Shown here: positions 27,925 through 37,962 of the stretch, piece by piece
How positions within the stretch are numbered: the stretch's first letter is position 1
Layout of the letters: the number at the start of each line of letters is the position of its first letter
Assembly (NCBI GenBank): GCA_015055975.1
Contig: SVHF01000005.1
Location: 2,676 to 66,675, forward strand
Reading direction: 5' to 3'
DNA: 64,000 bases
From: Clostridiales bacterium
GTDB taxonomy: Bacteria > Bacillota > Clostridia > Christensenellales > UBA3700
Translations under genes and position numbers: made by a program
Notes under the pieces: generated by a model
The model's database searches: none
Told to the model about the DNA's origin: nothing
The model's input: the letters and a program-made list of their open reading frames with translations, nothing else

Positions 27925-29442
27925 ATGTTAAAAGGATTACTATCGAAATTAAGAGAATCAGCAATTTCAGTAGCACCAGTTGCTATTATCGTTTTTGTGC
28001 TTGCTTTAACACCAATTACAGATTTTACAACAACAGAAATAATTACATTTGCTATATGCTCTGTATTTATGATTATCGGCATCACTCTATTTAATTTAGG
28101 TGCAGATATGGCTATGACACCAATGGGTGAGCAAATAGGTTCTGGTTTGACAAAGCAAAGAAAAGTAACACTACTTGTAGCAATTGCTTTTATGATGGGC
28201 CTTTTAATTACTATGGCTGAGCCAGATCTATCAGTTCTAGCTGAACAAGTAAGTGCAGTTGTAAATCAAACGGTTTTAATAGTTTTGGTTGGAATCTCTG
28301 TTGGCTTATTCTTGATGATTGCCGTAATTAAAGTTGTATTCAAAAAAGATTTAGCCACGCTATTATTTTTTGCATATCTTTTAACATTTGCTCTTGCTGC
28401 ACTTTTAATTGAAAGAGGAAAAGGGGATATGATACCACTTGCATATGATTCCGGTGGTGTAACTACAGGCCCAATTACAGTTCCATTTATAATGGCACTC
28501 GGCGTTGGTGTTGCAACGGTTGTCGGTGGTAAGCATGCAGATGAAAACAGTTTTGGTCTTATTGCGCTATGTTCTGTAGGCCCAATGATAGCCGTTATTA
28601 TTTTGGCGCTTGGATCATCTGGCGAGCTTACATATATGCTTCCAGATTATTCTTTGAATCTATCTGCAATAGGTCATGTATTTTTACAGACTCTTTGGGA
28701 TGTATTTAAGGCATTAGGTTTAATAATTTTGTTTTTCTTAGTTTTGCAATTCACAATTTTGAAATTGCCAAAAACAAGATTAATCAATATGGGAATTGGC
28801 GTTGCATTTACATTCGTGGGATTAATCATATTCTTAATGGCAGTAGAAATTGGATTTATGCCAATAGGTTTTAAACTAGGACAGGAATTAGCAAGATTAG
28901 ACAATTGGGTAATAATTATTGCAGGCGTCGTACTAGGAGCCGTAGTAGTTTTGGCCGAACCTGCTGTACACGTATTAAATAAACAAGTTCAAGATATAAC
29001 AGAAGGCACGGTTACAAAGCGTTCAATGATGATGGCTCTATCGCTTGGTGTAGGTATTTCAATTGGGCTTTCTATGATTAGAATTATATTTAAGTTCTCA
29101 ATCTTGTATTACCTAATCCCTGGATATATATTATCGCTAGCATTGTCTTTCTTTGTTCCAAAGATGTATACAGCAATTGCGTTTGACTCAGGTGGCGTTG
29201 CATCAGGTCCATTAACATCAAGTTTTATATTGCCATTTGCAATTGGCGCATGTTCTGCCCTAAATGGAGAAGAAAGCGTATTATCTTTAGGATTTGGTAT
29301 TGTAGCAATGGTTGCAATGACTCCACTTATTACAATTCAAGTTCTAGGTTTTAGAGCAATTATGGCAAAGACGGTTCGTGCAAAGCTTACAATGAAGAGA
29401 ATCTTGGAAGCAGATGACGAACAAATTATAGATTTTATGTAG
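27925..29442 (+). CDS. DUF1538 family membrane protein (two repeats)
   Basis: Two halves each with AEP and DSGGV(T/A)(T/S)GP motifs. Confidence 0.85.
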   Translation: MLKGLLSKLRESAISVAPVAIIVFVLALTPITDFTTTEIITFAICSVFMIIGITLFNLGADMAMTPMGEQIGSGLTKQRKVTLLVAIAFMMGLLITMAEPDLSVLAEQVSAVVNQTVLIVLVGISVGLFLMIAVIKVVFKKDLATLLFFAYLLTFALAALLIERGKGDMIPLAYDSGGVTTGPITVPFIMALGVGVATVVGGKHADENSFGLIALCSVGPMIAVIILALGSSGELTYMLPDYSLNLSAIGHVFLQTLWDVFKALGLIILFFLVLQFTILKLPKTRLINMGIGVAFTFVGLIIFLMAVEIGFMPIGFKLGQELARLDNWVIIIAGVVLGAVVVLAEPAVHVLNKQVQDITEGTVTKRSMMMALSLGVGISIGLSMIRIIFKFSILYYLIPGYILSLALSFFVPKMYTAIAFDSGGVASGPLTSSFILPFAIGACSALNGEESVLSLGFGIVAMVAMTPLITIQVLGFRAIMAKTVRAKLTMKRILEADDEQIIDFM

Positions 29443-29450
29443 GGGGAAAG

Positions 29451-29879
29451 ATGGCTGAGACTAAGCAAAAGAAAGTAACTGCACAAAAGCCTGAAAAGAA
29501 AAAGGCAGCAACAAGAAGCAAAGTTGAATCAAATAAGCTTGAGCTTTTAGTTACTATTGTCAATAGACAAAAAGCAGAGTTTTATATGGATCTTATCCAA
29601 TCATATGAAGCAAATATGCAAATGGCTTGCCAAGCTCAAGGAACAGCAACTCCTGACATGAGAAAGATATTAGGATTAGTTGATATAGATAAGACTGTTA
29701 TCTTTAGTGTCGTTCAAGAATCTAGAGTATCTGATATTATGTATCAACTATCTAAAAGATTTAGAACAATCAAAAATGGTGGAGGTATAGCATATACTAT
29801 TCCACTAGCAAGCGTAATTGGCGTAGCCGTATATACATTTTTATCTAACAACAAAGATGCCGTAAAGGAAGGTAATTAG
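29451..29879 (+). CDS. P-II-like protein
   Basis: LLVTIVNR, QGTA T-loop-like, GGGIAYTIPL. Confidence 0.75.
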   Translation: MAETKQKKVTAQKPEKKKAATRSKVESNKLELLVTIVNRQKAEFYMDLIQSYEANMQMACQAQGTATPDMRKILGLVDIDKTVIFSVVQESRVSDIMYQLSKRFRTIKNGGGIAYTIPLASVIGVAVYTFLSNNKDAVKEGN

Positions 29880-29880
29880 T

Positions 29881-30243
29881 ATGAAGAAAATAGAGCATGA
29901 ATTAATCGTTTGTATTGTAAATGAAGGAATGAGTGAAACTGTAATGGACGTTGCAAAAGAAGTTGGTGCAACGGGCGGTACAGTTATAAGAGCTAGAGGA
30001 ACTGCAAATAAAGAAGCAGAAGCATTCTTTAAAATCACGATTGACCCACAAAAGGAAATCGTCATGATTTTAGCTCCTATCGCTCTAAAAGAACCTATTA
30101 TGCACGCTCTATACAACAAAGCTGGATTGAAAACTCCAGGACAAGGCATCACATTCTCTCTTCCTGTAGATAATGTTGCAGGATTGAATAAGCAAATATT
30201 AGAAACAGAGAAGAAGGAAGACCAAAAAGAAGAAAACAAATAG
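29881..30243 (+). CDS. P-II family protein
   Basis: LIVCIVNEG, GATGGTVIRARGT, KEIVMIL, PGQGITFSLPV. Confidence 0.85.
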   Translation: MKKIEHELIVCIVNEGMSETVMDVAKEVGATGGTVIRARGTANKEAEAFFKITIDPQKEIVMILAPIALKEPIMHALYNKAGLKTPGQGITFSLPVDNVAGLNKQILETEKKEDQKEENK

Positions 30244-30248
30244 CATTT

Positions 30249-30323
30249 GCTCTCTTAGTTAAATGGATATAACAAGTCCCTCCTAAGGACTAGTTGTGGG
30301 TTCGATTCCCGCAGGGAGTGCCA
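30249..30323 (+). tRNA. tRNA-Arg(CCT)
   Basis: GCTCTCT...AGGGAGT-G-CCA, anticodon stem AGTCC/GGACT with loop CT-CCT-AA, GGTTCGATTCC. Confidence 0.96.
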
Positions 30324-30340
30324 TTTTTTTTGCAACGAAT

Positions 30341-30378
30341 GCAATTGTATTGCTTTTGTGCGCACAATCCATCATAAT
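30341..30378 (+). promoter_or_regulatory. relB promoter with palindromic operators
   Basis: TTGCTT-17-CATAAT; GCAAT-TGT-ATTGC over the -35 and perfect palindrome TTGTGCGCACAA (30356-30367) in the spacer. Confidence 0.6.
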
Positions 30379-30407
30379 ATGTGTAATAACCAAAAGGAGT
30401 TTATATT

Positions 30408-30704
30408 ATGGCATCAAAGTCTGCAAATTTATATGCGAGAATAGAGCCGGAAGTTAAAGAACAAGCAGAGAGAATTTTGTCTTCGCTAGGCATTCCTGCT
30501 TCAAGCGCAATAAATATGTTTTACAAGCAAATAATATTACAAAACGGATTGCCATTTGATGTAAAGCTTCCTAAAGAGAAGCCTATTTCTGTTGGCAGTT
30601 TGACAAAAGAAGAATTAGAAGGAGAATTGGGAAAAGGATACGCAGATGTTCTTGCGGGTAGGGAAGAATCCGTAGATAAGGTGTTTTCTGATATTAGAAA
30701 ATAG
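30408..30704 (+). CDS. RelB/DinJ family antitoxin
   Basis: ARIEPEVKEQAERILSSLGIPASSAINMFYKQIILQNGLPFDVKLP. Confidence 0.9.
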   Translation: MASKSANLYARIEPEVKEQAERILSSLGIPASSAINMFYKQIILQNGLPFDVKLPKEKPISVGSLTKEELEGELGKGYADVLAGREESVDKVFSDIRK

Positions 30705-30764
30705 TTAATGTTATTCGCGTGATTTATGGACCGAGATATTGATGAAGTTTTAGGAAATAAATGA
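30701..30764 (+). pseudogene. 3' remnant of a RelE/ParE toxin gene
   Basis: Reads IVNVIRVIYG, then after a frame slip RDIDEVLGNK-TGA; that TGA overlaps the next ATG (ATGA); no 5' part or start. Confidence 0.6.
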
Positions 30765-31462
30765 AATTAGATAAAGAAATATTTGCAAAGTGTAAAGTAT
30801 ATTTTGACAAGCTTGTCCCATATGGATTTATTGAATCCAATGATGGGGCTTTTTCTTTTAGAAAAGATATTCTAAATGGAGATTTTGTAATCCATGTAGA
30901 TATAGATGCTAATGGAAACATTATTTGCAAGATAATCGAAGTTGCGTTCAATGAAGAATTCAAGGGACTAGATATAGAAGACTATGTTGGAAGCTTTATT
31001 GGCGAAATGAAAGACGAATGTGAAAGAGTACTTTTAGATATAAAAGACAAGTGCTGCTATGTTGAGCCATTTAGGTTTGACCAATCAAATAGAATCACAA
31101 AAGAATTGTTCAAATTATATAATGAAGCTCCAGATTATCCATTTGATGACGGCAAAAACGATGAAGATGCAGTGTTTAGATGTAAAGATAATCAAAAATG
31201 GTATGGCATATTAATGCCAATAAAACGATCTTGTATTTCAAAAAACAAAGAAGATGAAGACATTATAGATGTATTAAATGTGAAGGTTGACGAGAATAAA
31301 CTTGAAGATATTTTAAAGCTTCCTAGTGTATATCCTGCTTATCATATGAATAAGCAAAAATGGATAAGCATAGTTCTTGACGGAGGGCTTGACGACAAAA
31401 CGCTTATGAACCTTATATGCACCTCTAGAGATTTGGTAATAGCAAAGCACAAAAAGAAATAG
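30761..31462 (+). CDS. MmcQ/YjbR family DNA-binding protein with N-terminal extension
   Basis: AVFRC..NQKWYGILM, LNVKVD, YPAYHMNKQKWISIVLDG. Confidence 0.88.
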   Translation: MKLDKEIFAKCKVYFDKLVPYGFIESNDGAFSFRKDILNGDFVIHVDIDANGNIICKIIEVAFNEEFKGLDIEDYVGSFIGEMKDECERVLLDIKDKCCYVEPFRFDQSNRITKELFKLYNEAPDYPFDDGKNDEDAVFRCKDNQKWYGILMPIKRSCISKNKEDEDIIDVLNVKVDENKLEDILKLPSVYPAYHMNKQKWISIVLDGGLDDKTLMNLICTSRDLVIAKHKKK

Positions 31463-31486
31463 TGTATAATAAAAGAGAGGTGTGCT

Positions 31487-32053
31487 ATGGAAGAATTAGA
31501 AAAAGTAGAACAAGTTCCAGGAGAAGATTTAAAACCTCAAAGCCCAAAAAGTGTATCTAGAACTCTTGCAATTACTTCATTGTCTATAGCTATCTTTATG
31601 ATTTTTCTTTCAGGGCTTTTTGATTTTCTCGCGTTCAAAGATGCAATATTAACATTTATTGCAGGATTATTAGTAACTGCAGTGGCAACTGTAATTATTT
31701 TTATGGCGTTTTTTGCAAGCCTTGTTTTGATTTTTGGTATTATTATTCTCCAAAACAATGGATTCTGGCCAATTAATGCTATAAAGAATGTGTTTATAGA
31801 GATTATGGGAAGTGTAGAGATTCTACCAGAGCAGTTAGCTGCATTTAGAATTTATAGAATCATTTTATTGGTATTATTTGTTGGTAATATTATTTTGGCG
31901 TCAATCGCAGTAGTGAAATACAAAAAAGAAAAAGCACTAAAACTTGTAAAGCCATTTGATAATACAAAACCTATGGCCATTACAGCATTAGTATTTGCTT
32001 GTATCGGCGCGGCAATATCAATAGCTTCGATATTCTTAACTACTATATTATAA
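31487..32053 (+). CDS. Four-TM hypothetical membrane protein
   Basis: 188 aa, four hydrophobic segments, SD GAGGTG. Confidence 0.7.
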   Translation: MEELEKVEQVPGEDLKPQSPKSVSRTLAITSLSIAIFMIFLSGLFDFLAFKDAILTFIAGLLVTAVATVIIFMAFFASLVLIFGIIILQNNGFWPINAIKNVFIEIMGSVEILPEQLAAFRIYRIILLVLFVGNIILASIAVVKYKKEKALKLVKPFDNTKPMAITALVFACIGAAISIASIFLTTIL

Positions 32054-32479
32054 ATATAGCTCTTCTAATTTATCACAAAGATATTTATATCTATTGAATT
32101 TATCTTCGTCTGCAAAATGATCTTTTCTATCTTGCTTTATTACATTTACATAATCTAAAACTTCATCGCCAAATTGTTCTGAAGCTAAATCGAATTTATG
32201 ACCATCAACTATGTTGAAGCAGTGAACTCCACCAGTTTTTAGAGGGATTCCGTATACTTCGCCTCCAAAAATATCTTGAACTAAAAATGCTGTAATAGAG
32301 CATTGACCTACTGTCTTATTATCTTTTGACCAATTGCTTCTTAATCTTGGCGCACATGAGTATTCGCACCAGATGTTATCTAGCATATCATATAAAACTC
32401 TAGGATTCTCAACCTTTAGGTATTTCTTGTTAATAGGAGATACAAGTGTATCTTGCCATCCGTAAAAATTGTATTTCAT
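32048..32479 (-). CDS. YunG-like protein (Cys-His-Asp triad)
   Basis: WSKDN..GQCSITAFLVQDIFGGE, HCFN, FDLASEQF. Confidence 0.7.
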   Translation of the reverse strand: MKYNFYGWQDTLVSPINKKYLKVENPRVLYDMLDNIWCEYSCAPRLRSNWSKDNKTVGQCSITAFLVQDIFGGEVYGIPLKTGGVHCFNIVDGHKFDLASEQFGDEVLDYVNVIKQDRKDHFADEDKFNRYKYLCDKLEELYL

Positions 32480-32585
32480 ACTTCACCTCACATGAATATA
32501 ATACAACTAATATTTACATTTTGGGAATAATATTATATTATTCAATTAAGCGATTGCTAGAAAAATAAATAATTTGGGGTTTTAA

Positions 32586-34439
32586 ATGAATGATTTAACA
32601 AAAGGCCAAAAGGCATATTTAATTACGCATTCAATATTATCTGCAATTGGATTAGTGCTAATTTTGTTTTTGCTAGATATAGCAAATCTAAAAGTGTTCG
32701 GGACTGTATTGACACTAATTTTTTATGTTGCGTTTGTTGCTTCAATATTCTTTATTGTGAAGAAGAAATGGTATGTAAAATGCGCCGCAACATTATTGTT
32801 AGTTATTCTAACAATGGTTATGTTCTTTGCAGCAGCTCCAGGTAAAGCGTACTTAGATGCAGTTCAAGGAAAGAATTTAGAATCAACAGCTATTTTGGAA
32901 GTTGAAGGTGGTAAAATTCAAGGCGTTAAAACTCAAGATGGAAAAGTTGAAGTATACGCAGGAATTCCATATGCAAAAGCCCCAATTGGAGATCTTCGTT
33001 GGAAAGAACCACAAAATGTAGAGCCATGGGAAGGAGTTAAAGACTGTACTAAATTTGCAAATAGAGCAATGCAATCATCTACATCATTTATGATGAATAC
33101 TCTTCAAGATATGTATCTTGAGGGCGGCTGGCATATAGATTTGAAATATCAACCAGATTTACCAATGAGCGAAGACTGCTTATATCTAAATGTGTATAAG
33201 CCAGTTGATGCTACAGAAAATACCCCAGTTCTTATTTATTATCATGGTGGTTCATTAATGTCTGGAACTACAGCAAGTAAAGATATCTACGGAGTAGAGG
33301 TTGCTAAAAAGGGAGTTATCTTTGTAACTGTCGCGTATAGACTTGGTGTATTTGGATATTTAGCACTTCCAGAACTTAAGGAAGAATCTCCAAATGGAAC
33401 TACAGGAAACTATGGTCTTTTAGACCAAGTTAAAGCTTTGGAGTGGGTTAATAATAATATCACGAAATTTAATGGTGATAAAACTAACATAACAATTGCG
33501 GGTGAATCAGCAGGTTCATCATCAATTTCGGCACTTTGCTCAACCCCACTTGCAAAGAATCTATTTAAGCAAGCTATTGGCGAATCATCATCAGTTGTAT
33601 TGCAAGTTCCACCTCATACATTTAGAACTTTAGATAAAGCGTATAAGATGGGTGCAGATATTAAGAAAGAATTTGGTGTAGAAACTCTAGAACAAATGAG
33701 AGCTATGCCAGCAGAAGAGCTAATAAAGACAAAGTATGAAAATTCAGCAATGACAGTTGATGGATATGCGTTGCCAAAGACTCCATATGAAATATATCTT
33801 GCTGGAGAAAATAACGAAAAAGCACTTTTAAATGGTGTAAATGCTGGAGAAGCTGATCCATTCATCTTCTTGCAGTATTTATTTGGAAAACAACCAAATC
33901 TAGATAACTACAAAGAAAGATTGCAATCTGTCTTTGGCGAAGATACAGATGCGCTTTTAGCAATGTATGAAGGAAAGATTAATTCAAATAAAGATGCAAG
34001 CAAAGTGTTTAATGAAATTATTTCTGCATATTGGTTTATCTATCCACATCAATCTTGGTCAACAATGGCATATAACAATTCAGAAAAAGTGTATAGATAT
34101 GTATTCACAAAAGAAAACGGATATATGAGCACATGGCACTCTGGAGAAATTATCTACGCTTATGGAAATGTAAAGAACGAAGGAAAGTCTTATAGATATG
34201 ACGAAAGCGATTTAGCACTATCTGATACGATGCTAAATTATTGGATTAACTTTGTTAAAACAGGAAATCCAAATGGTGAAAATCTTCCTCAATGGGATGA
34301 ATGGAATCCAATTAATAATAGAATTATTGAGCTAGGATCAAAGGTAGATATGATTGATGATCCATATCAATTCCTATATGATTTCATGAAAGCATTTGAT
34401 GAAAAGAGGGCAGTAGATCCAAATAATGCTTTTAACTAA
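32586..34439 (+). CDS. Type-B carboxylesterase with N-terminal membrane anchor
   Basis: GIPYAKAPIGDLRW, SEDCLYLNV, YHGG, GESAG, E (NAGE), H (WHSGE); three N-terminal TM. Confidence 0.92.
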   Translation: MNDLTKGQKAYLITHSILSAIGLVLILFLLDIANLKVFGTVLTLIFYVAFVASIFFIVKKKWYVKCAATLLLVILTMVMFFAAAPGKAYLDAVQGKNLESTAILEVEGGKIQGVKTQDGKVEVYAGIPYAKAPIGDLRWKEPQNVEPWEGVKDCTKFANRAMQSSTSFMMNTLQDMYLEGGWHIDLKYQPDLPMSEDCLYLNVYKPVDATENTPVLIYYHGGSLMSGTTASKDIYGVEVAKKGVIFVTVAYRLGVFGYLALPELKEESPNGTTGNYGLLDQVKALEWVNNNITKFNGDKTNITIAGESAGSSSISALCSTPLAKNLFKQAIGESSSVVLQVPPHTFRTLDKAYKMGADIKKEFGVETLEQMRAMPAEELIKTKYENSAMTVDGYALPKTPYEIYLAGENNEKALLNGVNAGEADPFIFLQYLFGKQPNLDNYKERLQSVFGEDTDALLAMYEGKINSNKDASKVFNEIISAYWFIYPHQSWSTMAYNNSEKVYRYVFTKENGYMSTWHSGEIIYAYGNVKNEGKSYRYDESDLALSDTMLNYWINFVKTGNPNGENLPQWDEWNPINNRIIELGSKVDMIDDPYQFLYDFMKAFDEKRAVDPNNAFN

Positions 34440-34572
34440 ATATAAGGCGCTTTTATGCGCATATAACATACATGCGTAATTTTACTTGCGAAAAATATGC
34501 ATTATTGCTAAAATACTAAACGAGTTAAAAATTTAACGAAAAATTTTATAAATATATGGAGGACATATTATT

Positions 34573-35631
34573 ATGGCAAATGTAAGAGTTGCAATTAATG
34601 GTTTTGGACGTATCGGTCGTTTAGCATTCAGACAAATGTTTGGTGCTGAAGGTTTTGAAATTGTTGCTATCAACGATTTAACAAGCCCAAAAATGTTAGC
34701 ACACTTATTAAAGTACGATTCAACACAAGGTAACTATGTAAACATGGGACACACAGTTGAATCTTGCGAAGCTGTTCTTAACGAAGATGGAACAGTAAAA
34801 GAAGATGGATACATCGTAGTTGATGGAAAGAAGATCACAATCTATGCTAAAGCTAAGGCTGCTGAACTTCCATGGAAAGCTCTAGATGTAGACGTTGTTT
34901 TAGAATGTACAGGTTTCTATACATCTAAGGCTAAGGCACAAGCTCATATCGATGCTGGTGCAAAGAAAGTTGTTATTTCAGCTCCAGCTGGTAACGATCT
35001 TCCTACAATCGTTTACAACGTTAACCACACAACATTAACAAAAGATGACAACATCATTTCTGCTGCTTCTTGTACAACAAACTGCTTAGCTCCAATGGCT
35101 AAGGCTTTAAATGATCTAGCTCCAATCGAAGCTGGTATCATGACAACAGTTCATGCTTATACAGGAGACCAAATGATCCTAGATGGCCCACAAAGAAAGG
35201 GTGATTTAAGAAGATCAAGAGCTGGTGCTATCAACATCGTTCCAAACTCAACAGGTGCTGCTAAGGCTATCGGTTTAGTTATCCCAGAATTAAATGGTAA
35301 GTTAATCGGTTCTGCACAAAGAGTTCCAACTCCTACAGGTTCTACAACAATCTTAGTTGCTGTTGTAAACAAGGCTGTAACAAAGGATGATATCAATGCT
35401 GCTATGAAGGCTGCTGCTACAGAATCATTCGGATATACAGAAGAACAATTAGTTTCTTCAGACGTTATCGGTATGAGATTCGGTTCATTATTTGATGCTA
35501 CTCAAACAATGGTTATCCCAATGGGTGACAAGACTCAAGTTCAAGTTGTTTCTTGGTATGATAATGAAAATTCTTATACATCTCAAATGGTTAGAACAAT
35601 CAAGTATTTCGCTAAGTTATTAAACAAATAA
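34573..35631 (+). CDS. gap: Glyceraldehyde-3-phosphate dehydrogenase (type I)
   Basis: [26 protein letters not shown]; strongly biased codon usage. Confidence 0.98.
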   Translation: MANVRVAINGFGRIGRLAFRQMFGAEGFEIVAINDLTSPKMLAHLLKYDSTQGNYVNMGHTVESCEAVLNEDGTVKEDGYIVVDGKKITIYAKAKAAELPWKALDVDVVLECTGFYTSKAKAQAHIDAGAKKVVISAPAGNDLPTIVYNVNHTTLTKDDNIISAASCTTNCLAPMAKALNDLAPIEAGIMTTVHAYTGDQMILDGPQRKGDLRRSRAGAINIVPNSTGAAKAIGLVIPELNGKLIGSAQRVPTPTGSTTILVAVVNKAVTKDDINAAMKAAATESFGYTEEQLVSSDVIGMRFGSLFDATQTMVIPMGDKTQVQVVSWYDNENSYTSQMVRTIKYFAKLLNK

Positions 35632-35656
35632 TTGATTAATTAATCAAAGATACCAA

Positions 35657-35694
35657 AGGCTGGTAGAACAAATAAGTTTTACCAGCCTGTTTTT
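35657..35694 (+). terminator. Intrinsic terminator after gap
   Basis: AGGCTGGTA / TACCAGCCT stem then GTTTTT. Confidence 0.8.
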
Positions 35695-35748
35695 ATAATT
35701 GACAATTATATTTATCTAATATAAAATGTTGATTATTATTGAGGATAT

Positions 35749-37344
35749 ATGTCACAAACAAGGAAAGAAAAACTAATAGCCGATTTAAAATATATGGGTA
35801 AGAATATAACGGAAGTTATATTACCTGTTATTGGGCTTTGTGGTTTATCTGGAATTATCGTAGGACTTTTGGTAGGCTTTTTCAATTATGCTATGAAGTG
35901 GCTCGTTATATGGAGTAAGCAAATATATGCATATGTAGGCGAGCATTTAGCATTTTTACCACTTCTACTTTTAGGTCTAGGCGTTTTAGCAATAGCTATG
36001 GCATATATTCATAAATGGGCCCCAGAAACCAGGGGAAGTGGCGTTCCTCAAACAGAAGGTATGATGAGAGGAATGGTTGGCTTTAAACCATTTAGAATGA
36101 TGGCCGGTATGATAGCAGGTTCTGCAATAAGTTTCTTTGCAGGGTTACCACTAGGAACTGAAGGTCCATCTTTACAACTTGGTGCTTCTTCATCTCAAGC
36201 TGTATCAAACGTATTTAAATCTAAACTTGCTTGGCAAAGATATGTAATATCTGCCGGTGCTGGTGCAGGTTTTGCCGTAGCGTTCTCAGCTCCTTTATCT
36301 GGTCTTATTTTCGTTTTAGAAGAAGGGCATAGAAGATTTTCTCCAGTTTTATTATTATCTACTGTTGTTTCTATAACCCTAGGCTTTATGACATATAGAT
36401 TAATGGGTAATGTAACAGGACTTTGGAATGCTGATTCAGCACACTTCCAATTTGCAGAATTTGAAGCTGTAACATATCAACAAATTTGGGTATTATTAGG
36501 CATTGGTGTAATATGCGGCATTTTAGCAGTTATATTTAACTATGTTATGATGAATTCTCAAAAGGTCACTGATAAATATGAAAAATATCTACCTGAGTGG
36601 GCAAGATTGTTATTTATATTTATAATAGTTGGAATAACGGGCGTGTTCTTTGGATATGTTAATTATTCTGGCCATGATTTAATCGAGATGATATCTACAG
36701 GCTCGTTCCCAACATGGATGCTAATCATAATGCTTGTTGTTAAATTTATAATGGTAATTCTTTGCTATGATTCAGGATCAACAGGTGGCTTATTTGTGCC
36801 AATGCTAACAATTGGTGCACTAATTGGTGGCATCGTTGGAGATATTGGTATCGCTCTAAATCTTCTTGATCCTAAATATTATATATCTATTATATGTATC
36901 GGCATGACAACATTCTTTGGAGCAGCCGTTAGAGCTCCATTGACAGCAATTGTTCTTATTGTCGAATTATCTCAATACGAAGCAAGATTCTTGCCTCCAA
37001 TGATTTCTATAATTACCGCATTTTTAGTTGCAGAATTATTCGGTTCTAAGCCTCTATATGATTCTATGCTAGAAAGATTAAAGAAAATCTTTGCAAACTA
37101 CCATAAGGTAGAAATGGAAGATATCGATTTGCAAGTAGAGGATGGAGCATTTATTTCTGGCAAGAAGATTTCAGATATTTTATGGCCTATAGATACTTTG
37201 ATTGTAAGTATTACAAGAGGCAACGAAAAAATAGTTCCAAACGCTGGAACAATTGTTGAAGTTGGAGATGTTTTAACTATTCAAGTTGAAACAGGTAATA
37301 AAGAAAGAACAACAAGATATTTGAATCACTTAATTTCAGACTAA
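35749..37344 (+). CDS. ClC family H+/Cl- exchanger with C-terminal TrkA-C domain
   Basis: GSGVP, GTEGP (gating Glu), GGLFVP, C-terminal RCK_C (SITRGNEKIVPNAGT). Confidence 0.9.
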   Translation: MSQTRKEKLIADLKYMGKNITEVILPVIGLCGLSGIIVGLLVGFFNYAMKWLVIWSKQIYAYVGEHLAFLPLLLLGLGVLAIAMAYIHKWAPETRGSGVPQTEGMMRGMVGFKPFRMMAGMIAGSAISFFAGLPLGTEGPSLQLGASSSQAVSNVFKSKLAWQRYVISAGAGAGFAVAFSAPLSGLIFVLEEGHRRFSPVLLLSTVVSITLGFMTYRLMGNVTGLWNADSAHFQFAEFEAVTYQQIWVLLGIGVICGILAVIFNYVMMNSQKVTDKYEKYLPEWARLLFIFIIVGITGVFFGYVNYSGHDLIEMISTGSFPTWMLIIMLVVKFIMVILCYDSGSTGGLFVPMLTIGALIGGIVGDIGIALNLLDPKYYISIICIGMTTFFGAAVRAPLTAIVLIVELSQYEARFLPPMISIITAFLVAELFGSKPLYDSMLERLKKIFANYHKVEMEDIDLQVEDGAFISGKKISDILWPIDTLIVSITRGNEKIVPNAGTIVEVGDVLTIQVETGNKERTTRYLNHLISD

Positions 37345-37350
37345 TTTCTA

Positions 37351-37962
37351 TTATTCTAATAAAGACTCAGGATCACACATTAACGCTTTTGAAAGCATAA
37401 TGAGATATTCGCTTCTTGCGCCATTTATATTTTTCTGCTTTTGCTCATATTGTTGAATTGTTCTTAGTGGTACTCCGCTAAGCAAAGCAAGTTCGCTTTG
37501 AGATATGCCCACTTGTTCACGTATTCTTTTTAGATTTGACTTTGTTGAAGAAATAGATAGTAACTCATCCATTTTGTCGCAAAATTGCAATATATCCATT
37601 TCGTGGTAAGGATTATATAAATCTCTTATATCTAAAATAGGAACGGTAATAGCTTTAAAAGAAATATTTCTTAACCATTGATAATAAGCAAGAGCCCAAC
37701 CTGTCCAATATTCTCGCGTACGCCCATTTTTATATGTTTGATTGGTATCGCAGCAAATTATAAGACGAGCAAGCTCAACTCCAGATTGCCCAGCAATTGT
37801 TGACGAATCTCCTGTCTCAAAAGCTTTAGATATTGGAGATTTTAAAAATGCTGTCCAAAAATCTTCGAGTAAGACGTGCGCATCATTTACGGCATAATCT
37901 AACATTGTTCCTAAAGATGTTTGCGCTATTTCTAAATATGTTTTATCGTAAGCGGGTATCAT
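37351..37962 (-). CDS. XRE-family regulator with N-terminal DUF3791-like helical domains
   Basis: C-terminal LKRIREQVGISQSELALLSGVPLRTIQQYEQ HTH; start set at MIPAY (SD GAGGAG). Confidence 0.8.
   Translation of the reverse strand: MIPAYDKTYLEIAQTSLGTMLDYAVNDAHVLLEDFWTAFLKSPISKAFETGDSSTIAGQSGVELARLIICCDTNQTYKNGRTREYWTGWALAYYQWLRNISFKAITVPILDIRDLYNPYHEMDILQFCDKMDELLSISSTKSNLKRIREQVGISQSELALLSGVPLRTIQQYEQKQKNINGARSEYLIMLSKALMCDPESLLE

Noticed and set aside
30249-32479. Second integrated element at tRNA-Arg
   Set aside because: No integrase and no duplicated tRNA 3' end found; at most a decayed islet.
35749-37344. Fluoride-specific CLC-F exporter
   Set aside because: Has GSGVP/GTEGP/GGLFVP rather than GNNLI/GREGT/GEVTP, and no fluoride riboswitch upstream.
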